From Minutocellus sp. GHC0000111 (Eukaryota), in contig OZ361259.1 in the NCBI GenBank assembly GCA_977018835.1, forward strand, positions 3,410,001 through 3,474,000: a stretch of DNA of 64,000 nucleotides. The letters run 5' to 3'. The notes beneath the pieces are model-generated. The model saw only the letters and a list, made by a program, of their open reading frames with translations. It was not told where the DNA came from and ran no database searches. Of the stretch, positions 31,653 through 41,652 are shown piece by piece. Position numbers and translations under genes: made by a program. The stretch's first letter is position 1. Every line of letters starts with the position of its first letter.

Positions 31653-34206
31653 TCACGCACTTGGTGAATGTCGAAGCTGGCGTTTGAACGCCATGCTAGC
31701 TCTCACAATGTTCCTTGTAACAGCGACCTTTTGAAGAGCAGATACTACGCGATCCTTATCACTTCGTAGTATGGTAAAATCCTTGGGAAATCTCTTTCGT
31801 AGAGCACGAACGTCGTGGGGCGACGATAACCCTGTGGCCAAGCGACAATCGCTCAGAGCTCGAATTTTCAAGTTGCTTGTGCAACCGTCGGTGATGTCGA
31901 TCCACTCGGAAAAGGAATGGGCCGTAGGAACGTGCTTCACGATTTGAGTGATGTCAGGCCCTTCTTCCTCTTCTGATATCGTAGTGAGATTGTTGCAGTT
32001 CTGATCTAGAGCCTTGAGCAGCCACGGTTTCCCGATCATATCCCCTTTCCTGAGCACTTTGATGGCCTTGTCGTCAACCTCAATTTCCAGAGTGCCGGAC
32101 TCAACCACAATGACTTGTCGCGGAGGCCCTTGTCCTTCCTCTAGGAGATAGTCCCCTGGTAAAAGTACCTGGCTGCCTTGCAATTCCCCTGCCAATGCAA
32201 AAAGGAAATCTGCTGAGCAACATTTTAAAGTTTCGTCTCGTCTTTGGATGGATTCCGAGCGGGAATAAACCGTTAGCTCCTTCTGTAAATGTTTGGGGAG
32301 CGAGGCCATTATATCTGCGTTCATCTTGGGGATTTCTTCTGCACTTTGGCTTTCACTTGCGCCTCCGCTAGATGCGACTAATCGCCTCATAACAAAGCCT
32401 TCCATTGTTCTCTTTTGTACGTCCGGAGGAACATTGCAATCCTTCATGAACGTTCCGAGTTCTGCGAGCTCTCGTTGGATTTCGTTGTCCTTGGAAGTGA
32501 GCTCCTCGAGGATATTTACCACGGCGCCAGTCATGATAGCGTAGAGGGTTACACCGCATATGTGAATGATTAGTGTACCGACTACCTCCAGGGTGGTAAC
32601 GGGGGTCGAATCAAAGTTGCCGATACCTGCTAGGCTGGTCCAACCGAAATGGATCGATCGGATGTAAGCATTGATCACACCGCTTGAGCCCAGAAGCAGA
32701 CTGGGTTCGGGGAAGAACGCGGTTGGCGTGATCTCGAGGGCATCTACTAGCTCTATTCGAGCGATGATTTGCCAAATGCACCCACTTACATGGGTGACGT
32801 ATGCAAGAGTGAGAATCAGCTTGGTGATGCGCATGATAGTCCTCTGGTTCTGATTAACTCGCTGTCGAAGTAGTAGATTGTTCTCTAAACAGTGAACTGC
32901 GTGGATGACTCTGGATAAAGCAGCAAGGCGAAGGAGACCAGCAAGGTGGATCCAGTGAAGTCCAGGTGCAAATTTGGGGTGGGTCTGTCCTTGGTGGACG
33001 AGAAAATCAAATGCTTTTTCAGAGATAAATGAACCAACGACGATTTTGTCTGTTGTCGGCCAGGATACCCACTGTGGAATAGAGATAGATGGAAATGAGT
33101 TTGTTATGTGAGATCAATACATCGGTACAGAATTCTTGGATCGCAAAATGCAAATGTACGATCGTACTCACTTGGTCCATTTCAATTGCCCGTAATTTTC
33201 GAAGAGTGTGGACTCTCAGTCTGGTGCAATTGAGGTCGAAACGACGGCGCATCTTGCTTTTCGGCTTCGCGTTGGATATGGGTCTACTACTATCACTTCC
33301 TTGAGCCGCCCTGGGCTTGACTCGAAGAGCTTCGATAATTTGATCACTGCACATATCGATCAAAAAGAGGCAGACTGCCATAGCATCGAGAATAGTAAAT
33401 ATATGCGATAGCCATGGTACCTTGGCCGCAAACCCCGCAAGTTGAAACGGCGTGAAAATAGCTAGATACAGGCCGGCCAATACGAGTAGTTCGTGCCAAC
33501 CCGTCACTGGTTCAGCCTGCAGAGGAGTTGCGGGACGCGACATGATGCTCGCTAGAGAAAAGTAGACTAACTCCCACGCTTCACTAGTCTCTTCATCCCA
33601 GCGCTGGGGCCCAACTTTCTCTCTAATGGTCGCGGAAAGGATACGAAACAAGTTTTTGTAGTGATCGTCAGAAATTCCGGCAGCGCGATGGGTCTTTCCA
33701 AGGCTTCTTAGCGAAGGGATGACACTTTCCATGTCGTTCAGGCCAGCAATAATGTTGCCCACGGCAGTCATTACATGGATGGCGTGTACACGGAGCGATG
33801 GGCATTGCCGCAACTTCTCTTTCCTCTGGTCGGGTGGAGCTTCCAGATACGATCGACCATACGGAAGGAGCGTCAACAGTTCAGGATTTTTGTCAAAGAT
33901 GTTTAGGAAGAACCTCAAACCAAGGTCCTCAATATCATTCGACACAAGGGACCACGACTCTTCTACTCGTTGGCATACTGATTCTGGCAGAAAGTGACGC
34001 TTGTTGCTATGTGTGGAGGATGAAGATGTCGAAGAAGTTTGGGAAGACATCGAATTAGCAGAGGAGTCACTGTCTCGTCGGCTCTTTCGTCGTCGTCGAG
34101 TCTGTGTCTGTTCCTGCTGCAGCAGATGGTACAAAGGATTCCGTAGGTCACCAGCGCGCAGATTGTCGTCCTCAAGGAGGATTGGCGTTGTTGCTGTCGT
34201 TGTCAT
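31653..34206 (-). CDS. Globin-fused cyclic-nucleotide-gated-family ion channel (globin + S1-S6 + C-linker + CNBD-like); exons 34206-33172 and 33071-31653, 817 aa
   Basis: Globin: ESWSLV…LGLRFFLNIFDKNPEL…LRVHAIHVMTAV…LRSLGKTH…HY…WDEETSEAW. A 100-bp GTGAGT…CAG intron (33171-33072) splices in frame into the channel. Channel motifs: S4 LLRLAALSR, pore YIRSIHFGWTSLAGIGNFDSTP, S6, C-linker ELGTFMKDCNVPPDVQKR…MASLPKHLQKEL and CNBD LLPGDYLLEEG…VVESGTLEI…LRKGDMIG. Confidence 0.9.
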
Positions 34207-35024
34207 GGTTGAAGAGCTTTGCGTTATTGTAATGGGTGTATGCTACCGATGGTACCACGCTGGCGTCAGGGTTCAGGGTCGATGTTTCAAATGTTAAGAG
34301 GAAGTTCCGGTCTTATATTATTGTTATTTTATGGGCACATGCCCAATACAACCGCATTTATCGGCCGTCAGGTCGATGTCTGAAAAAAATCCGTCTTGGG
34401 GCTGCTTCTCGTTTTGAACGCGAAAGAAAGTACAGGCGCCGAAGATAAATTGTTACCCCGAAGTTACCCTTAGGGTTATCCGACGCCGTCGGCGCAAGAG
34501 ACATCGCCGACGTGACATCGCCGACGCAGCAGCACATGTTACTGCACCGGTTAGCTGCTGCCAGAGCAAGCCGAGCTATGGAAATAGGGCCGATAGAGCG
34601 GGACTTCAATTCGAGGCATACGGATTCTCGATCAGTGATCATATAGATCTGTAACAGTGGTGCTTTGAACATGACAACGAACGGGCAAAAGCTCATCGGT
34701 CCTGCCGTCCTGCTGGTTTGCTGCCTGCCTGCCGATGAGAGGAGGAGAGAGGATATGACTGGCATGCATATCTTGCTCAAAAGTCACTGATAAAAAGCTA
34801 CCGCACGGCAGTGAAAGATCTTTGTGCTTTGGTACAGCGATTCGATCCAAGTCATTCAATATTCCTTTGGCTTCGATACTAAATCAGATCTAGACAAAAG
34901 AAATCAAGATGTATGTGTGATTGTTTTGTTACAATATCCCTCTATTTTTTCATGTAGGGTTTCCCATGTGAATATGGAGATTTCGAGTTGCTGCACCCGT
35001 CCGTGCGCGTTTGTACAAAGCAAA

Positions 35025-35786
35025 CTATTGGCGAGCTTCTGCCTCCTCCTCGACCTCTGCCTCTGCCTGCGACGGAATCGACAGCTCGGCCTTGAGCCGG
35101 TCGTTGGTCCGCTGCAACCCCGCGGCGTCGCGCTTGAATGTGAGGGCATCCCGCTCGGCCATGAGGAGGACGTCCCGTGCGTCCAATGCGTCGACCGACG
35201 ATGCTGCTGCCGATGGGCCTTGCTGATGGAAGGAAGGGAACAGCTGACGAATGGCGGCACTGCCACCACCATCACCACCATGTGCCGATGTGTTTGCGAT
35301 GGAGGCGACGATGAGGAGGACGACGGCGGCTGCTGCGCTAGAAAAAAGGAAGATACGACGACGGCGATTGGGGGGAGACCCGTCCTGCTCCGGCTCATAC
35401 AGTTGTGATTGCTGACTGGCAGTGATGCTGCAATTGTCGTGCTCATCTTTGTCGGCATCATTGTTGCATGTGTAGGGCTTGGACTTGGTGGGTGGCAATG
35501 TAGCACATGTGGCAGCCGGCGTCGGCATCGGAAGGAGGTAGCTCGGCCGCTGATGCTCGCCCCTTGGCCGGATCCTGCTCTTTCTCATCGTGTTGGAAGA
35601 TGAGATGGGACTGCTTGCACATGCAGTGGTGTTGCTTGGCGAGGATGATACCGAAGAAGAAGAAGAGGAAGAAGATGATGAGGCTGGTGGTGTTGCTGGG
35701 AGGAATGCGGGTTTCGTCAACGCCGATGATGGCGGCGGCGACGAGGCCGGCGACGACGGAGCATTGCAATGGCGCTGGTCGAACAT
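35025..35786 (-). CDS. Hypothetical single-TM protein with Ser-rich N-terminus and short coiled coil
   Basis: Open frame with poly-Ser, RRRRIFLFSSAAAAVVLLIVASI (TM) and a C-terminal heptad segment. Confidence 0.45.
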   Translation of the reverse strand: MFDQRHCNAPSSPASSPPPSSALTKPAFLPATPPASSSSSSSSSSVSSSPSNTTACASSPISSSNTMRKSRIRPRGEHQRPSYLLPMPTPAATCATLPPTKSKPYTCNNDADKDEHDNCSITASQQSQLYEPEQDGSPPNRRRRIFLFSSAAAAVVLLIVASIANTSAHGGDGGGSAAIRQLFPSFHQQGPSAAASSVDALDARDVLLMAERDALTFKRDAAGLQRTNDRLKAELSIPSQAEAEVEEEAEARQ

Positions 35787-36300
35787 GCTGATGCCTTTTA
35801 TTACTACTGTAAGTATGACAATGTGTATGCTGTACGTTGTACCGAGGAATATGCGGCAATCAATGTCAATGAATGCCGGGACGGTGGGGAGAAGAGTAAA
35901 TAACGTCGAGTCCCAAAGCAAGCGGGGAGCAAAACGACGAAAACCGGCTGGGATGGGAGAGACTGGATGGTCGGGACTGTGGGCGTCTGAAAATCACGAC
36001 CCGTGCGTGAAAGCAACATTACTGCCCCGAGGTGTCTGTGCGTCATAAAGACAGGGCCAACGGACACTCGGGGCTGTTGTATATGTGGCACCAAGATTTA
36101 ACGCCCCTCCTCAAAACTTCCCGACTGCATCTTTCCGAGGTCCGCACTTCCCGCACTTGCCTTCCATTCACATAACACACATTCTCTTGCAAAGAAGGTT
36201 AACTTCCTTTGGGGTTATCCGTACTCCTGCTACTCTTTCCTATCCTGTCAGCATCGTGGGGTCGACTTTCCTGCATGCCACAAGTGTTCCACCCAGAAGG

Positions 36301-37530
36301 ATGACTCGCCCACAAACCCAACTCCACTGCTCCCTCGGAAGAAGGAGGAGGAGGAGGATCCCATCGCTCCCGGCCTCAGCGGCAAGAAGAGCGTGTGCAG
36401 TCCTCGCCCTCGTCAGCACAACGTGCCTCTGTCCACTTCTCCTCCCCGCGGCATCTGCCCAGCAGCAGCAGGTATCCCAACCAAAGCCAAACTACCCTCG
36501 TCGAGTTGCGACGACCACCCAGACGCTCGACATCGACGGAGACGGCAGCATCACCTACGACGAGTACGACAAAATCCTCGACAAGACCAACCAAAACATT
36601 CACTTTACCAACAGCCCGCTGGACGACTTCTCCGATTGCGACGCCGACTATCCCACGGTCTTCGTCGAGTACATCTACCTGACCTTCTACAACGTCGACA
36701 AACCGCTCATCGAACGGACCAGCCCCGACGACTACGAGCGGTTCCTGAACATCGTCAAGCGGGTGATGAACGAGTGCACCGGTGAGGAGGGAGAGTGCAT
36801 CAACGTCGAACGGGTCGAGATCGTGGAGGATACCGTCGATACCTTTGATTACGATGCCACCTTCGTCGACGGCGTGGGTCATCGGCAGCTGCAAAATCGC
36901 AAGAAGCGAAGGGGGAAGCGCAACGTCAAGAAGCTGCGGGTCGAGGGGCGCAACTACTCCCGGCGGAGGGGACGGCTCCTCCTCCGAGAAAAGTCCAAGG
37001 ATCAGCGAGAGCGGCGGCAGCTGCTGGGGCTTCCTGCACAAAACGATCGAGGGCTGCAGGAGGGCACCGGTACCTGCGGCGATATGCTCCTCAACCGCCT
37101 TGAACGTGCCGAACTCGCATCGTTCGACTGCCTTGCCTCCGTCGAGGTGACATCGTACGACCTGCGATGCCTCGATGAGCAGCTCCTTGCGGCAAATCAG
37201 GGACCAAATGGAAGGCAAAGCACCAACAACGGCCTCAGCGGACCCATGATGGTAAGTGCCCAAGTCGAGGACGACGATGAGGAGGGGGAGGTAAATGGTC
37301 CACCCAGGAACCGAGCTCGGGGCAGGGAGAATGAGGGGCCATCCCTCATGGGCAGGCAACCCAAGCACACGGCCCTCCCCTACAACACCAGTGATCGGAC
37401 TGATCCGGGAATCCAGCACCATTCTAACCAGGATCGTCCGCAGCAGATGGCTGGCCCTCCAGCGGACACTGCGAGTGGTGCTGGTACCGATTGGACCTCC
37501 GGCGCCAAGTACAGTCCAAATCATGACTAG
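36301..37530 (+). CDS. Secreted RXL-motif protein with EF-hand-like loop and basic internal segment (paralogue of 61423..62493)
   Basis: Signal/anchor ending ASAQ; DIDGDGSITYDE loop; RQLQ, RQLL and RGLQ motifs; clear similarity to the 61.4-62.5 kb protein. Confidence 0.75.
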   Translation: MTRPQTQLHCSLGRRRRRRIPSLPASAARRACAVLALVSTTCLCPLLLPAASAQQQQVSQPKPNYPRRVATTTQTLDIDGDGSITYDEYDKILDKTNQNIHFTNSPLDDFSDCDADYPTVFVEYIYLTFYNVDKPLIERTSPDDYERFLNIVKRVMNECTGEEGECINVERVEIVEDTVDTFDYDATFVDGVGHRQLQNRKKRRGKRNVKKLRVEGRNYSRRRGRLLLREKSKDQRERRQLLGLPAQNDRGLQEGTGTCGDMLLNRLERAELASFDCLASVEVTSYDLRCLDEQLLAANQGPNGRQSTNNGLSGPMMVSAQVEDDDEEGEVNGPPRNRARGRENEGPSLMGRQPKHTALPYNTSDRTDPGIQHHSNQDRPQQMAGPPADTASGAGTDWTSGAKYSPNHD

Positions 37531-37826
37531 TTCGTATATACATGTAAATACTTTTATATAGAATAGATGTTGTCCATGTGTACACCATAGATCTTGTAGA
37601 AATGCGTGTAAAAACAATTATGTAACGGGTGTTCACGCTACGATGTTTATATTCGTTTCATTTGGCAAAAATAAATTCAATAATAATATGCAGGTCGTTT
37701 ATTACTGTGATACTGTGAGCGCCTGAATGGACAATTCGAAAGATATTTTGCTGGAAATTGACATCAAAGAAATGTAATTCTGGATGTGCCAAGTCGAAAT
37801 ACGTAGAAGTATAGAAACGAGCACCC

Positions 37827-38587
37827 TCAGTCCTCCTTCGCTTTGCCTTCACTTCCGCTCGTGATGGCCCTGACGGCTGGCACTTCCTTTCTCAGACTGC
37901 TAAGAGTGTCAGCGTCCAAATTGTCCTGCATGAAGTCGACAACAAGCTTGACAAGACGAATGGTCTGTTCCTTGTTGATCTTGTTCTTGAGAATATTAAG
38001 CAATTTGGCTCCATCCGAGATGACCCATCCTCGATTCCTTCAATCAAACGAACGGCTGGCTGACCTACTATGGGCACCAGCGATAGAAGCTGCTTTATGA
38101 TGGCAAAAAGTCCAAGCAGACGAAAGATGGTTACGATGAGCGAGAAAATACTCGTGGATGAGGAGCCGCTCGACGTATTAGGCGCGACCGGAGGACTATC
38201 GGCGGCAGTTGTGGCATCCCCACCCCCCACAGGCTGAGGCTTGGGAATCTGCGGGATTGCATCGTCGTCCTCAGCTTCAGATATCAGGTCGTCGAGACCA
38301 GAGATTGAGCTGGCAATCTTGCTAAAATCGAAGCTTCCGTGATGTTGCTTGAGAAAAGCCAGTATGGCACCTATGCAAGCCCGGGTCGTTGGCTCGTCTA
38401 CGCGATGGCATACAGAACAAAGAGGTGTGAGAATAGAAGAGCGAGGGCGGAAAAAGTACGGACGCGAATCGAGAGGCAACGCACCAACTGTACACATCGA
38501 TATTCAACAACTCTTACCCACACCGATCGCATCGGCAGCCTTCTTAATTAAGTCGTCAACGGTACTGTTCGGTTTGGTTTCAACCAT
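37827..38587 (-). CDS. Helical protein resembling bacterial DUF2780-like family; exons 38587-38518 and 38397-37827 with a frameshift near 38025
   Basis: DDLIKKAADAIGV/DEPTTRACIGAILAFLK…FDFSKIASSISGLDDLI. The GTAAG/TAG intron is in frame. The C-terminus continues in another frame (…DGAKLLNILKNKINKEQTIRLVKLVVDFMQ…KED*). Confidence 0.55.
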
Positions 38588-39208
38588 GGTCAAGCCAATA
38601 AATGTTCTTTGCGTTCGGCTGCTGAGAAAGATGAAAGATGCGATCTGGTGTGAAGCAGATGCGACCACCGGCGTGAAGCAGATGCGACGATGCGACCACG
38701 TACACCCCGAAATCTTGAATAGGCGCCACCTGCGTTACCGTACGCGTGCGTACGTACCGTACTTGTAGTTGCATCATCATGCATGCATCATCATAGCTAT
38801 CATCATGCATCATCATCAGGGCAGGCAGCAGCTGTATGATGGCATGTTCCTCATGGCATGGTCTTACCAGCATTATCGGTAGTCCAGCTAAGTCTAGTCT
38901 TGCCAATTGGCATCACACACAGTAAAGATTTCTAAAAACTTACAAAGATATGCAGGGAATCCTCTTTTGTCTACGGTACCCGAGATCAACGAGTCTAATC
39001 ATCTCGGATCGCACATCTCTTCTGCTCAACAATGTGCAGCTTAACAAAGTCTAGATTTCGGGTGATGGTCCTCATAGCGTTGATCGCATCCAGGCGCCAA
39101 GCCTGATGTGTCGTCGCTGCCATCATTGTAAACATTCATTGCGTTCGTATAAAATAAATCAACATCGATTGGAATTTCATCATCATCCACCTTTGATCCA
39201 CATCCTGT

Positions 39209-41313
39209 TTAGATGTTGTCACTCTGACCATCTGTCTCTTCATCGTTTTCAGAAGCAGCTTCCTCAACGCTCTCTTCTTCATCAGTGGTGGTAGCAACCT
39301 CCTCGTTCTCGGTGTCGTCAATAATGACGTCTTCCACGGCGTCCTCGTCCTCGATCTCACCAAGAACAACATCCTCGGTAGGCTCATCGGCAGTCTCGTC
39401 GATAGTCTCGTCGATAGTCTCGTCAATAGTCTCGTCGATGGCCTCATCAGAAACCTCTTCAGTAACCTCCTGGATAGATTCCTCGCTAACCTCCTCGACG
39501 GTCTCCTCGATAGACTCTTCAGCGACTGCGGCTTGCTCGGGCTCATCCTCGGCCTCGGTTTCAATGTCTTCTTCTGCGACAGTGGCTTCGACCTCCTTGT
39601 CCTCGTTTTCAATCTCAGCAAGAACAGTGTCCTTCTCGACAAGTGTCTCCATGATAACGACCTCATCGTCGGCATCGGCACGCTCACAGCAAGGCAAGTC
39701 GCCCTGAGTCATGTGAGGAGCGCCGTTCTTCCAGCACGAGTACTGGCAGTATTCGAGATTGCCATCGCGACCCCACCAGCCATACTCGGTACCGCATCGG
39801 CGCTCAAATGCGTAGGTGTAGCTCGCGCATTCCAGGCCTGTTTGGAGCATGTACTTTGTTGGGATGTTTGTACATTGGACGCACTTGTTGTCGGCTGTGA
39901 CCACCTCTTCGGTATTCTCCTCCGCGGCATCGGTAATCTCCTCAATGTAGGCTTCAGCATCCTCCTCGACAACAACCAATGGCGCAGCATCTTCGTCGGC
40001 GGCGGGTAGAAGGGCACCCATTCCTTCGGTATCAAGAGGAGCAGCGCTCGGAAGTGGCTCGGTCATGGGCACATTGATATCCTGCACCGGTTGTGCTTGT
40101 GGTTCCGGCTCGCGGATGCGGATTCCCGACGTAAGTTCACAGTCAAGGCACATCAATTCCTCGGGCTGGGCGTCATTTTCGCCAAGATCCTCGACGAGGC
40201 CATTGGCGGCGACGGCGGGGCCGTACTTGGGTCCCATGATGGCGTCATTGGCATCGAATTCGCAACCTCCCAGCACCAGCTGAGCTTCGGGGAGATTGGT
40301 AGCGATCGCACCACCGAGTTTGGCGATGTTGGATCGGAAGCTGCTGTCCAGCACTTGCAGGATGGAGGCAGTGCCACTAATTGCGCCTCCCATCCGCTCG
40401 GCTGCGTTGCCTTCGAAGTACGAATTGCCTACGTAAATCTTGGCACCGGTGCCGACCTTGATGGCTCCTCCATCGGACCAGTTGTTCTCATTGCTGTTGA
40501 ATTTTTGGTAATAAAATATATCGAATAGGGACGAAATGCGTAGGTTGTTGAGAACAATGCAGATTAATGGAGAATCCATACTTGTGATGATGAAGGAAGG
40601 AGGAATTCCTAGATCAATAGATCAGAGAGGCAATGAATACACTCACTTGACGAATTCGTTGTCGCAAAATACCTGCTCCCGCGTTTCCTTGCGGCCAGTT
40701 CCGGTACCATCCCTGGAAAAGTAAGTTGAAAGCAAGACACAGAGTTTAGCTGATGATGGATGTTGCATTGTTTTCCTCAAAAATCATACTAGTATAGTAG
40801 CATTGGTGTGGCACGCTACAATTGTAAAATAAGAGATAAATGCCATAATGCGATACAACGAAGCCAACAAACTTACTTGATGATGACGGCACTCTCGGTG
40901 GCACCAATGAAGCGGAATCCGGAGATAGTGGTACTGGCCATCTCTCCCTCGATGGTGAGGTGGGTACCAGGACCGTTGATCTCGCATTGACCAAATTCCT
41001 GGCAAAACAGCTGAAGACGACGAGTGTCCTCAATACTGATCTCGGGCTCGTCGGGAAGCTTTTGGACGGAGAAGGGTTCCATGCACTTGCAGTCACCGTC
41101 TGACATTCTCATAATGGCGCCACGAAGATCATCGTAGTCTTTGATGGGGATGCAACGGCATCCCTTGTCGTTGCGGAGAGGACCGGGGCACTTGTCGCTG
41201 TCATCGAAGGTGTTGGCTGCGGGCATGGCGGTCGAGCCGACCTGCAGTTGTGCCGAAACGGACGTGACGGCGAGGGAGGCGAAGACCGTGAGAGCGTTGG
41301 TCGAGTACTTCAT
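39209..41313 (-). CDS. Secreted beta-helix (GGAI/FxxN Pmp-like repeat) protein with Cys-rich module and very acidic tail; exons 41313-40877, 40712-40647, 40493-39209
   Basis: Signal peptide; two GT-AG introns splice in frame; GGAI…FxxN repeats; CVQCTN…CQYSCW…CC module; Glu/Asp-rich C-terminus. Confidence 0.8.
39393..39439 (-). repeat. 12-bp coding tandem repeat encoding (DETI)n
   Basis: About 4 GTCTCGTC(G/A)ATA units on the plus strand. Confidence 0.8.
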
Positions 41314-41652
41314 GGTTTTTTTATTGTATTCTCTTCGAGTTGTATGTATGTATGAAGTGCTTCAGTTGTGGCATTTATTGTGAATTATGAGGTTTGTGGC
41401 GGGTCCGCCATCGCCAAAGGAAGAGATCCAAAAAACGGCACAGACCCGATCGGATTTGATTTTGCGCACCCAGCCTTGATTTGTTTGTACGTACGAGTCA
41501 GTACGTGTGAGTCGATTGGGTCTTATGGATGAGGACCCTCATGTTGCTTTCGGGGTCTACAGCGTTCCATCGCCAAAGTAGCGAAGAACTTTTCTACCAA
41601 TTGGTAACAGGGCCTCATAAACGACGCCTCCTTCGCATTTATTTGTGCCATC

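Noticed and set aside
29295..34206. Operon-like functional link between the globin-channel and its neighbours
   Set aside because: The neighbours (UCH, plastid membrane protein) have unrelated functions and orientations, and eukaryotic adjacency alone is not evidence.
36376..37617. 413-aa antisense ORF, and the similar one at 61498..62349
   Set aside because: These are antisense shadows of the RXL genes, which are supported by signal peptides and mutual paralogy.
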